A stretch of 64,000 nucleotides of DNA from IMG/VR virus record IMGVR_UViG_3300025012_000003. One strand, written 5' to 3'. Below, one piece after another: positions 28,005-37,330 of this stretch. Position 1 is the first letter of the stretch. Every line of letters starts with the position of its first letter. Source of the DNA: a virus. A program made the position numbers and the translations under genes. The notes below the pieces were generated by a model. It made no database searches, was not told where the DNA came from, and saw only the letters and a list, made by a program, of their open reading frames with translations.

Positions 28005-30042
28005 TAAAAATATCGAATAAAGGGACTTTCCTGTCCCCCAATTCCAAAACTCTAGTTCTGAAATATTCTCCCAAAGTTATTTCTTTATATCCCTCATTAA
28101 TGATAGTATCCTCATTAAACATCTTCTCAAGCAATTTTCTAAATTGCTCTATCTGAGGTTCATTAAAAGATACTCTTTCCTGCAAGTATTTATCATAATG
28201 ATATTTATCATCACTAGCCATTTTTATACCATTTAAAGTTTCCGTAAATAATTGATTACTATAGGGCTTTTCTTCGGTAGCAAAATGAACTCTAATAAAC
28301 AATAAATAGAGTAAGAACAGAGTAGGTTTATCGTTAGTAGGGGTAAAAGAAAATCCATAATGTACACATAAATCAATAATTGATTTTAATTGTGTTTCAA
28401 ACCACTGTACTAATTGGTTTATTCTAGTTTCACTTCTAGCTACTTCTTCTTTATTTAGATAAGATTGTTGGTTCTCTGGTCTAAAGTCTGGGTTATTAGG
28501 AGACGTATCCCAATCCATAGCTATTTGTCTAGCTATCTCCTCAAAAGTAGTTTCCTTAGAAAAGGTAGTAGTTAAAAATATCTTCTCTGCATATATTATA
28601 ATCTTAGGTTTATGGTAATCAGACCACTTATTTTCTTTATGTGTCTTTTCTCCCCAAGATTTATTTTGATAATAACTATCGTCTACATCAAACTTAATAG
28701 CTATCCTTCTACCTTTATTAGTCCAGTACACACTATATCCATTTTGATTAGTTCTTAAAGCTTCTTGAGATAATAATTTATCTCCATCTATTCTATCGAG
28801 TATCAAGGAAGCTAATTTTCTGGACAACCTTTCTTCATCTTGAGAAGACATACTTCCAGCTATATAATCCTTTTCTCCTCCTCTAAGTTCATAAATATCT
28901 ATAATTTTAAATGAATCCCTAGTTAAAAATATAGTTTGTTGAGGTTCTCTAGGATTAATAACCGCACTCTTTTGATTCTTAGCGTTGTCTATTATACAAT
29001 CAAAACCTGCTTTTAAGAACAAAGATGTCTGTTCTTTTCCAGAACGCATCTCCAATTTTACTTTTTCATCACTACTCCAAAAAGGTTTCTTTCCAGATAA
29101 TTCATTTACATTTTTTATTTGAACTACGGACATAAACGATTTTCTCATAGCGTTAGAGCCAGTATATCCAAAATATTTCTTAGCTCTCTTCAATAAATCT
29201 TCAACTTGGGAAGGTTTAAATCCCATGTCATTTAAAATTATTTCTATCTGCCTATCTGTCATCTCTGTTATATATAAAGGATTTTTAGAAGTGTCTTGTA
29301 TAACTCTAAGATACTTAGCATTTCTACCATACCATATATCAGCAGGGTAATCTATCACATATTTTAACGGATATCCATAGACACCTACGGGGTCTGAGTG
29401 GTTCGGGTCATCGTAAGGATTCTTATCTACAGTATTGTCGTTAAAATTTGAAAAATTAACATATATCCTATAGTCGTCTTTCTTTTTAGTATAGTCTTTT
29501 CTAAATTTAATAAAGTCCTTTGGATATAAATCAGTCCAAGATATCTCATTTATAATATCTTTTATATTTTTTAAACATTTATTTTCGTTTTTAGGAAAAG
29601 TTCCAAATAAATCTATAGAAGATAAATCTAGTACTACCACTTCCATAATATGGTTGTCTTCATCCTTAGTTATTACAGAGTTGTATCCCTGCCTCATAAT
29701 TCTTTTAGCCAGTATCTTCCCATTAGTAGTCTTATACTTTTCATGAAGGTAGTCTTTCCAAAATTTACCATCAATGTAGAATCCTAATTCTAAAGGTTTA
29801 GCTTTATGGTTAAACTTAGCATATACAGTAGCAGTGTTGCCTAACCCTTTCCAAGATAAATTTTCTTCATCATAAGGCTCTGTGGTTGTAGAAAAACTTA
29901 TACCATATAAATCTTTTTTATAATTCATTCCCCAAACTTTGGAGGTTTCCCCAAATCTATTTAAATGAAAGCCACTTCCTATTATATTAGTTTTGGCTTC
30001 CTTAGTAGTGTTATGTGCAAGTATCATATTATTATAGTTCAT
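27958..30042 (-). CDS. Multidomain protein with two ADP-ribosyltransferase-like domains
   Basis: Domain 1: LAHNT...I...GF / GISFS / GYNSVI...EVVVLD. Domain 2: VGVYGYP / GFDCIID...EPQQTIFL. Confidence 0.6.
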   Translation of the reverse strand: MNYNNMILAHNTTKEAKTNIIGSGFHLNRFGETSKVWGMNYKKDLYGISFSTTTEPYDEENLSWKGLGNTATVYAKFNHKAKPLELGFYIDGKFWKDYLHEKYKTTNGKILAKRIMRQGYNSVITKDEDNHIMEVVVLDLSSIDLFGTFPKNENKCLKNIKDIINEISWTDLYPKDFIKFRKDYTKKKDDYRIYVNFSNFNDNTVDKNPYDDPNHSDPVGVYGYPLKYVIDYPADIWYGRNAKYLRVIQDTSKNPLYITEMTDRQIEIILNDMGFKPSQVEDLLKRAKKYFGYTGSNAMRKSFMSVVQIKNVNELSGKKPFWSSDEKVKLEMRSGKEQTSLFLKAGFDCIIDNAKNQKSAVINPREPQQTIFLTRDSFKIIDIYELRGGEKDYIAGSMSSQDEERLSRKLASLILDRIDGDKLLSQEALRTNQNGYSVYWTNKGRRIAIKFDVDDSYYQNKSWGEKTHKENKWSDYHKPKIIIYAEKIFLTTTFSKETTFEEIARQIAMDWDTSPNNPDFRPENQQSYLNKEEVARSETRINQLVQWFETQLKSIIDLCVHYGFSFTPTNDKPTLFLLYLLFIRVHFATEEKPYSNQLFTETLNGIKMASDDKYHYDKYLQERVSFNEPQIEQFRKLLEKMFNEDTIINEGYKEITLGEYFRTRVLELGDRKVPLFDIFNEFINNSKVSGNEVK

Positions 30043-30662
30043 TATTTGATAACCTCATATCTAATGTGGTTATCGTTTAGATATTTCATAAAAGCTTCAT
30101 AAAATTGATTAGCTATTTGAATATTAGGAGCATCGAGTTCCCCATTCTCAATATTTAAACCAAGCTCATCCCTTAAGTCTCTTCTTTCAGACCTAAGCAT
30201 TCCCCCCACTCTCATCTCTTGAAGAAATTTATCTTTGTACACTATGATATCTGTTACATAGTTCAAAAAATTAGGTATCTCCATACCTTCTACAGCATAA
30301 ATACCCTTACCTACCACTCTTTCCTCAGCTTCTACTCGTTCTGGGTTACTTTTACTAGCATAATTATAATAATTAAAGGGTTCTATTTTAAATCTATTAG
30401 ATAATTTATCTCCATCTACTATAAAAACTATTGCTGTTCCAGATATGCTTCCTCGTGGTATCTTATTGAAATTCTTATCCCTAGTAAAAGATATATAACC
30501 ATAACCGCCATAGCCATTATCTGGTTGTCTCCTACTAGATTTTAGAGAATTATCTTTAAGAATATGTATAAATTTATCGGCATTAGTAAAATGGTAAAGA
30601 GTTCCTACCTGTTTACCCTCATCCAGTTCCTCTATTATCTTTTTAATTCTCTTAATGGACAT
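30042..30662 (-). CDS. ART-fold protein (DarT/AbiGi-like)
   Basis: LYHFT...IL..N.L....ISFTR...EAEE. Confidence 0.6.
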   Translation of the reverse strand: MSIKRIKKIIEELDEGKQVGTLYHFTNADKFIHILKDNSLKSSRRQPDNGYGGYGYISFTRDKNFNKIPRGSISGTAIVFIVDGDKLSNRFKIEPFNYYNYASKSNPERVEAEERVVGKGIYAVEGMEIPNFLNYVTDIIVYKDKFLQEMRVGGMLRSERRDLRDELGLNIENGELDAPNIQIANQFYEAFMKYLNDNHIRYEVIK

Positions 30663-30669
30663 AATCCAC

Positions 30670-31116
30670 CTAATATACTAACTTACCTATAGGAACTCCA
30701 TGAATTAATTTTTGCCTCAATAAGTTATCGTGGAAATCCTTATCTAAAACATTCATTATTTTACTACTCTCTACTTCAGGGTAAACTCTCTCTGGAGTTT
30801 TAACTTTGAAAAATTCAATATAATCAGGATTATAATAAACACCTTTAACTTTATAGTTCTTTTTAAGTTGATTAGCTACTTCTTCGTGTTCAGCATCATC
30901 AAAAGCCCATACATAAAAATCACCATTAAGTGCTATAAAAAATCTAACAGGAGTTTTACCTCCCCTAGTCATTTTTAATATTTCTCCCTTACTGGGATTA
31001 ACAAAAACATCTATAAGAGCATCTTTCTTCCAACTGGTTTTTACAGAGCCAGCCCATTCTTCCCTAACATTATTGCATAATTTTAATATCTTTTTAAACA
31101 TATTTCTTAATACCAA
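30670..31116 (-). CDS. Putative head-internal protein (likely start MFKKILKL)
   Basis: Leader ending V-R-E. Confidence 0.5.
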   Translation of the reverse strand: MVLRNMFKKILKLCNNVREEWAGSVKTSWKKDALIDVFVNPSKGEILKMTRGGKTPVRFFIALNGDFYVWAFDDAEHEEVANQLKKNYKVKGVYYNPDYIEFFKVKTPERVYPEVESSKIMNVLDKDFHDNLLRQKLIHGVPIGKLVY

Positions 31117-31127
31117 AAATGTATTTT

Positions 31128-32000
31128 CTAATACCCGAATTCATACCATTTATCATTGTTGTTAAGCATTGTTTGTAATTGGTCTTCTAATACTCTAGCA
31201 CGGTCTAGCATTGTATCCGCCTGTAGACTGAATGGTAGCCCAGCAGATGGGTCTAAAGTTGCCTGATATTTAAGAGAACCAAAAGACCTTAGTACAGCTA
31301 CAGTAAAAGCTAACATAAAAGGTCTGTTACTTATATCAAAATCTCTTATAGCTTTTCTTTTATTGTACATAGTAACAGTTATATTACCAGCACTTGTATC
31401 AGTAAGAACCATATTTACTTTTAGAGTACTTAAATCTATAGTTCCAGAACCAAGAGTACCCCCCAATGTAACAATATTACCACTACGTGATACTTCTATG
31501 GCAGTATGTTTAACGTTATGTATATCTGTCTTAGATATCTCTAAACTACCTTGTTTATAATTACATCTTAAAAAGAAATCTATTGCAGATTCCCCCTCAA
31601 TAGTATAGGTAGGAGTATCACTTATCTGAAAATTACCTATAGTAAACTCTCGGAGATACACTACGTTGAAAGTAGACGAAAAAATACACTTCAATATCCT
31701 ACTGGCTGGGTCAAACCACCATAAATTACGAGCAATAGGAGCACTATTTCTATCTAAATTAGGATATAGGGGGTATTTTAAAGCTAAAACAGACAAAGCA
31801 TTGGGTATATGAACACCGTTTTGATTGACATTTACATTCAAAATATCCCTGACAGGTCTCTTATTCTGTAGTTGTTTAGCTGTGTATATGAACAATTGTT
31901 CTAAATTATCATCGTCAAGCCTTAAAGCCTGTAAAGGTATTAGAAGTTGTCCTTCACTTATCTTAACTTGCTTTATAGCTTCTTCAAAAGTCAAAACCAT
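31128..32000 (-). CDS. Neck / head-tail adaptor (gp13-like)
   Basis: C-terminal FG.LKY...LP.SLQAD.ML.RA..LE..L pattern; position after the MCP. Confidence 0.7.
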   Translation of the reverse strand: MVLTFEEAIKQVKISEGQLLIPLQALRLDDDNLEQLFIYTAKQLQNKRPVRDILNVNVNQNGVHIPNALSVLALKYPLYPNLDRNSAPIARNLWWFDPASRILKCIFSSTFNVVYLREFTIGNFQISDTPTYTIEGESAIDFFLRCNYKQGSLEISKTDIHNVKHTAIEVSRSGNIVTLGGTLGSGTIDLSTLKVNMVLTDTSAGNITVTMYNKRKAIRDFDISNRPFMLAFTVAVLRSFGSLKYQATLDPSAGLPFSLQADTMLDRARVLEDQLQTMLNNNDKWYEFGY

Positions 32001-32060
32001 ATAAATACTCCAAAGATAGTTTTATCCTACTTAAAATATAAACTATCTTTGTTAAAAATG

Positions 32061-32813
32061 TTATGGTTTAGGAGTATTCTTCTTAGAACCTTTTTTCTTA
32101 GCGGGAATAGTTTTATCAACTTCTATATCCTCTAAGTTAGGGTCTACTGTAATATCTCCTACTAACTCTTCGTCCTCTGGATAATTAGTTTCTGATAATT
32201 CATCTGCATCTAATATAGAAACATCATCATGATTAAAATCTTTAAGTTTATCCAAAAGTTCTATATTCTTCCTACTGAATTCTAATTCAGTATATATGCT
32301 ATCAACTATAGATAGATTAGGTTCATTGTCTTCAAAATTAAATCTGCCTTTTAAATCATCTAGTAGTTCTTCTTTAGATAAAGATAATAACTCTGATTTA
32401 TCCTCGTTCTTAATAATATCCGTTTTCAGAGAAACATACAATTCGTTTAATCCTTCGTCTACATTTTTATTTATATTTATTTCAGTATCTCCTACTTTTA
32501 TTTCAGTAATAGGTATTATATCTCCCTCATCGGTAACTTTATTAAACAAAGAAATTTCTTCTCCGCTATAAAATTCAGGTTGAAGTTCTTGAGATAGTCT
32601 AGTATGTTCGTCAAGTAAATCCTTTTGAGATAATTCTTCTAAAACTACATCCCCTTTAAAAATTTTTATAGTTTCAGTAAGGTGGTTAATATAATAATTA
32701 TCTAACAATATCTCTTCACCCTCTGGAGGAATATTAAATACTTGCTCCATACCAGCTACACTAACACCAATAACTCTATTAGATTTATTTATTAATTTAT
32801 ATTTCTTATCCAT
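32061..32813 (-). CDS. Acidic hypothetical protein
   Basis: AGGAG RBS, own sigma70 promoter. Confidence 0.6.
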   Translation of the reverse strand: MDKKYKLINKSNRVIGVSVAGMEQVFNIPPEGEEILLDNYYINHLTETIKIFKGDVVLEELSQKDLLDEHTRLSQELQPEFYSGEEISLFNKVTDEGDIIPITEIKVGDTEININKNVDEGLNELYVSLKTDIIKNEDKSELLSLSKEELLDDLKGRFNFEDNEPNLSIVDSIYTELEFSRKNIELLDKLKDFNHDDVSILDADELSETNYPEDEELVGDITVDPNLEDIEVDKTIPAKKKGSKKNTPKP

Positions 32814-32841
32814 AAAAAACTCCTTATTAATCTACTAATTT

Positions 32842-32870
32842 ATTATAGCATAGATGTTTTAAAAAGTCAA
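32842..32870 (-). promoter_or_regulatory. sigma70-type promoter
   Basis: TTGACT-N17-TATAAT with TG. Confidence 0.75.
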
Positions 32871-32877
32871 TATAAAA

Positions 32878-32905
32878 AATAGAGATGGTTTAAACCATCT
32901 CTATT
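32878..32905 (-). terminator. Terminator after the major capsid gene
   Basis: 28-bp perfect palindrome AATAGAGATGGTTTAAACCATCTCTATT with a T tract. Confidence 0.85.
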
Positions 32906-32930
32906 ATTGAGTATTGAATTATCTCTAAGA

Positions 32931-34343
32931 TTATATTAAGTTTTGAACATCAATCTTAGTGATGAATCTGTTTACAATGACTTTCATTGCTGACCAGACC
33001 AACGCATACCCTTGGGTTTTCAATACGTTGTTTAATACTGGTAAACTTCCGTTTACAACTAAAGGCATATATGGACAGTAAACAGCAGGAGCATCGAAGT
33101 TGCCTGTACCTTTGTAGATACAATATACAGCACTGTCGTCTATTACGTCTATAGCTCTGATTACTGGAATATTTTTGTTATACATACCGTATAATGTAGG
33201 TCCTGAAGAAGCAAATCCAGTTCTTTCGAATAATGTTCCTAATTGGTCAAACAAAGCTGCTGCTTTAACACCACAGATAATAGCTGTTACTTCACCACGA
33301 CCTGCGTTTTGAGCGATGTGGGATGAAGCTTCTGCGATTCTGTTTCTAAAAGCAAGTTTGTGTTCAACTTCTGAGGTTCCTGCTGGAGCTGCTGAATCCC
33401 ATACGATAGGGGTTCCGAAAGAGGCATTAGCTATTCTGCTAATAAGTGTATTTCCTAACTCAGCGTTTATTTCCATTGTAAGGTCATTAATCATTTCTGT
33501 TTCTGCATCCTTACCGAAAGTTTGTTTTAATTCAAACGCTTTTAAACTACCCATTTCACTTCTTAATGCGAACACTTCGGCTCTAACATCAGCGGAATCG
33601 AAACTTGATTGAATTGTAGGAAGGTTTCCGTTTTCTTCGTATTCTGTACCGAACTCAGCTCTAGCAACTTCAACACCTGTAATAGGAGTAATGAAATCGA
33701 TAGTTACTAAACCTGTTGAATAGTTGATAGTACCTGTACCTAATGCTCCACCAACTGGAACAATATTTCCATTACCATCGTCTATTAAGGTTTGAGTTGT
33801 TGTTGAAAGACTGATTGTTAATTGTCTTTCTCTAACAGGTGCTGGGGTCAAGTTGAATGTATAACTTTGTTGACCGTTGATTAATGTTCCTAAGTTTTGG
33901 TAAACTTTTTCACCAGCGAAACCTACTGCTTGTGTTTGAGGTTTAGCAATAGCATTTCTAAGGATGTCGTTTTCGTGAACGTTTCCTCTGGTTGTTCTAG
34001 CTTTGATTTGTTTGAAATAAACAATACCTTGTTGCCCTTTAATAGGTTGAACTGAAGCTAACAAAGGAAGAATGGAAGCTGCATAGTTAGCTGTGATAAC
34101 ATCATAAGCATATTTAGGTAATTGACCTAAATCCTTTAATGTACCAAATGTTTCACTTACCATTTTTTTGTAGTTTTCAAACTGTCTAAATTGTTTTCCT
34201 AGGATTACATAATCCATAGGGGAAATAGCTCTTACTCTTGCAAGTGGTGATTCTTCCAAGGATTCCATGTAAGGCTTGTAGGTAGGGTTCTTTAAGAAGT
34301 ATTCCGCACCTCTTAATACTTTTTCATTTTGAGTCATCTTCAT
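32931..34343 (-). CDS. Major capsid protein (T4 gp23-like, HK97 fold)
   Basis: LASVQPI.G..G.VY, V.A.V.AL, AVYCPYMPL motifs; strong codon bias; follows the protease. Confidence 0.95.
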   Translation of the reverse strand: MKMTQNEKVLRGAEYFLKNPTYKPYMESLEESPLARVRAISPMDYVILGKQFRQFENYKKMVSETFGTLKDLGQLPKYAYDVITANYAASILPLLASVQPIKGQQGIVYFKQIKARTTRGNVHENDILRNAIAKPQTQAVGFAGEKVYQNLGTLINGQQSYTFNLTPAPVRERQLTISLSTTTQTLIDDGNGNIVPVGGALGTGTINYSTGLVTIDFITPITGVEVARAEFGTEYEENGNLPTIQSSFDSADVRAEVFALRSEMGSLKAFELKQTFGKDAETEMINDLTMEINAELGNTLISRIANASFGTPIVWDSAAPAGTSEVEHKLAFRNRIAEASSHIAQNAGRGEVTAIICGVKAAALFDQLGTLFERTGFASSGPTLYGMYNKNIPVIRAIDVIDDSAVYCIYKGTGNFDAPAVYCPYMPLVVNGSLPVLNNVLKTQGYALVWSAMKVIVNRFITKIDVQNLI

Positions 34344-34410
34344 AATTTTAAATCACTCCTGTGGTCTGACGTTACTTATATCTTACAAACTATCTAACAA
34401 TACATCTATA

Positions 34411-34421
34411 TATAATATAAA
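34411..34421 (-). promoter_or_regulatory. Putative late promoter TTTATATTATA (MCP copy; about 19 exact copies listed in findings)
   Basis: Exact motif recurring in intergenic DNA upstream of virion genes. Confidence 0.75.
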
Positions 34422-34424
34422 GAA

Positions 34425-35861
34425 CTATTTTGTTTTTTCATTTTTGTACTGTCTGAACAAATTATAGACTGGTGGTTTGTCTTCTTTTAAAGACTGTTGT
34501 TGCTTCTTCTCAACGACTTTCTTTTCTTCTATTCTAACTTCTTCTTTAACTATCTTTTTATTTTTAAGATTAAGTGATTGAAGAATACCTACTGTTTGAA
34601 CTTCTCCTAATGTTTCCAACATACTTCTTACGTTTTCTATAGGAGCATTGTATTCTCTTGAAATAGAAAGAACTAAATTTTCATTTTGTTTTGTTTGTTC
34701 TTCGTTTACTAGATGTTCTGCTCTTGAAATAATTTCTTTTACTTCACTAAGAGGAATACCTAAATTAACAGTTTCTTCAAGAACATATTCAATAACAGGG
34801 ATAGCTTCCACGATAGAATCTAATTCACCAAGTTCTGACCATTTTTCATTTTCTTCGGATAACTTTTTAACTTTTCTTTCGATTTGTTCAGGTCTTCCCA
34901 ATTTAGCATAAGCTTCTAATAGGGAACCAGATTTTTCTAAATCTTCTTTAAGAGTAGTAATATCTTCTATCTCACATTCTTTCAAATGATTTTTGATAGT
35001 TGTCAACTCTTCTGAGATTTGGTTTTTTTCTACTTCTGATTCTTTTGATTTAGCTAATTCTTCTGTAAGACTAGCTATCTCAGCATTTTTCTTAATAACT
35101 TCTTCGTCTAATTGTTTTGCTTTAGCTTCAGAAATAGCTTTCTCTTCTCTAAGCTTCATAACTTCTTCGTTAAGAGAATTCTTTTCTGTTCTTAAGTCTT
35201 CATAAATTTTTTGGGTAAATTCCATCTCTAGTCTCCTCATGTCTTCTTTTATCTTTTTGATATTTTCTTTAATCAAAGGATTAGTTTCAGTAAAACCTGG
35301 ATTTAATACAAAGTCAAAAGTTTCCAAATAATAACTATTCTCGTCAACTATTGGCATACCTTCGTGAGTTTCATTAGACTTATAATCTCCAGATGCCCTA
35401 GAAGATACTTTTATTCTTGAACCTGCCTTCATAACAACATAAAGATTTCTTCCAGCAGGGGTGCCTAAAATATAAGCCTCTCCCATACCCATCTTAGTTT
35501 CTTCGTCAATCCATAGTTTAGTAACAATATGAGAAACTTTACCATCAGTTATATCAGATTCGGTTATTCCTCTGTCTTCATGACCTATACAACCAAACAT
35601 AACTTTGTCATCCAATCTTCTTCTTAAGTCTGGATGTCCTATAATAGTTTCCCAAAATATTTTAGGATAGTATCTTTCGTTTCTTGAAACACCGTCTGGA
35701 ACAAAGAAAACACCTTGAACTACTGCCAAAATATTTCTACCGTCTGCAACAGACTTATTAGAAGATTCGTTTAAGTAGTCTTCCTTTAACTCCCATTTAT
35801 TATTAGGGATGTCCCAAAGTTCATATTGAAAATTTTTACTCATTACCTTCATACTCTCCAA
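34425..35861 (-). CDS. Prohead protease (gp21-like) fused to a coiled-coil scaffold
   Basis: SRN.R.YP, GH, VSHIV, TPAG, VSSRASG, TFDFVLNPG; long EK-rich coil. Confidence 0.92.
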   Translation of the reverse strand: MESMKVMSKNFQYELWDIPNNKWELKEDYLNESSNKSVADGRNILAVVQGVFFVPDGVSRNERYYPKIFWETIIGHPDLRRRLDDKVMFGCIGHEDRGITESDITDGKVSHIVTKLWIDEETKMGMGEAYILGTPAGRNLYVVMKAGSRIKVSSRASGDYKSNETHEGMPIVDENSYYLETFDFVLNPGFTETNPLIKENIKKIKEDMRRLEMEFTQKIYEDLRTEKNSLNEEVMKLREEKAISEAKAKQLDEEVIKKNAEIASLTEELAKSKESEVEKNQISEELTTIKNHLKECEIEDITTLKEDLEKSGSLLEAYAKLGRPEQIERKVKKLSEENEKWSELGELDSIVEAIPVIEYVLEETVNLGIPLSEVKEIISRAEHLVNEEQTKQNENLVLSISREYNAPIENVRSMLETLGEVQTVGILQSLNLKNKKIVKEEVRIEEKKVVEKKQQQSLKEDKPPVYNLFRQYKNEKTK

Positions 35862-36261
35862 AATTTATTGTTTTTGAATAGATGACCTGATTAGTTGTTT
35901 CTGTTTTTTTCCAAGTTGCTATGTTATATAAATTTTTAATTCGTTTATTGTGAGGCTCAAATTGTTGAAGAGCATGTACTAAATCTGAAAAACTCTCATT
36001 ATTCTTAATTGATTTTAGTACGTATTCTTCTATCTCTGTATCCTCATCCATAGCTCTTTTATCGATTGTTATTTTTACTTTTATTGTTTTATTCTGATTT
36101 TCAGAAGTTATGTCCCAAATAAGAGGTGCCGTAGTAGAATTTAAATCGTATTTAAAGTGTCTTAAACTCAGGGATACTAAAGGACTTTCTATATTTACAT
36201 CTCTAGGTATTCCTATCTTTTCAGTCAGCTTTAATACTTTTTGTAATTTACCGTTCACCAT
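35836..36261 (-). CDS. Hypothetical head-module protein
   Basis: Coupled ORF; leader KLQKVLKLTE. Confidence 0.55.
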   Translation of the reverse strand: MVNGKLQKVLKLTEKIGIPRDVNIESPLVSLSLRHFKYDLNSTTAPLIWDITSENQNKTIKVKITIDKRAMDEDTEIEEYVLKSIKNNESFSDLVHALQQFEPHNKRIKNLYNIATWKKTETTNQVIYSKTINFGEYEGNE

Positions 36262-36580
36262 CTACTTTCCTTCTTCTTATTAATAATGAATGTTTTTTAG
36301 CTAACTTTGCTTGGGGTGTTCTTGACTTTAATCTAGCTTTCACTAAAGTAGCATTATTATGTAAATCATCTACTTTTTCCACATCCCCCAGTTTATTCCT
36401 AACATCCTTAACTTTACCGTGTTCTACTTTTTTAGTGAAAAGTTCCTCCTTTAACTCGTCCTCCTCGTCTTCAGAGTCGGTCTCTTCACCATCATGGCGA
36501 CGTGGTGATTCTGTTATCTCCACAGCAGCCCCACCACCTTCGCAAATTATTCTAACTAATTCATTAATTCTTTTAAACAT
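36248..36580 (-). CDS. Prohead core protein candidate (gp68-like)
   Basis: Basic C-terminus, acidic middle; position between portal and protease. Confidence 0.5.
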   Translation of the reverse strand: MFKRINELVRIICEGGGAAVEITESPRRHDGEETDSEDEEDELKEELFTKKVEHGKVKDVRNKLGDVEKVDDLHNNATLVKARLKSRTPQAKLAKKHSLLIRRRKVDGER

Positions 36581-36582
36581 TA

Positions 36583-37251
36583 TTAATCCATTAAATCAAA
36601 CATATCGTAATCGTCTGCTACTATAGATTCATTTGTAAAATAGGTACCCCTATTAGATTCAAATTGTTCTACATCAGCTAATGATTCGTATAATTCATTT
36701 TTAAATTCACTATACTCTTCGTCTTCTTCGCTCACTGATTCGTTTGGTTCTTCTTCGTCTTCCTCAGTATTTTCTTCGCCTTCTTCGTCTTCTTGACCAT
36801 ACATATCATCTTCGTTGTCGAAGCCTTCTCCGTCATCTTCGTAATCTTCTTCTTCGTCTTCCTCTTCTCCTTCATCAACATCATCTATGAATTGTTGAAG
36901 AGTATCGATGTCCACATTAGTGTCTATCATAATTCTAGTAAACATTATCAAAGCATGCTGAACTTCTTCAGGCGAAGATTCAAAGGCATTAGTTAATTTA
37001 GATAGAGCATGAACATTGTCTTCGTCTCCGTCCCCATCAACATCTTCCCCTTCTTCGTCTTCTTCCTCATGGTCTGAATGTTCTTCATCATCCAAACTTT
37101 GACTATCTAAAGACTCTTCTTCGTCTTCTTCTGGTTCTGCTATTGCTCTAACAGATAAATCTTCTAACTCGTCTTCTTCTCTTTCATATTTAAAACTAGG
37201 AGTTAGCTCTCTAAGATTCTCTAAAAGTGATTTTTTCTTATCCATCTTCAA
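36583..37251 (-). CDS. Highly acidic prohead core protein candidate (gp67-like)
   Basis: Very E/D-rich; position after the portal. Confidence 0.55.
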   Translation of the reverse strand: MKMDKKKSLLENLRELTPSFKYEREEDELEDLSVRAIAEPEEDEEESLDSQSLDDEEHSDHEEEDEEGEDVDGDGDEDNVHALSKLTNAFESSPEEVQHALIMFTRIMIDTNVDIDTLQQFIDDVDEGEEEDEEEDYEDDGEGFDNEDDMYGQEDEEGEENTEEDEEEPNESVSEEDEEYSEFKNELYESLADVEQFESNRGTYFTNESIVADDYDMFDLMD

Positions 37252-37330
37252 TTCTCCAAACTTATATAATATACATAATATGTATTAAGCCTCTAATTAT
37301 AATATAAATTAGACTCAATTAATTATAAAA

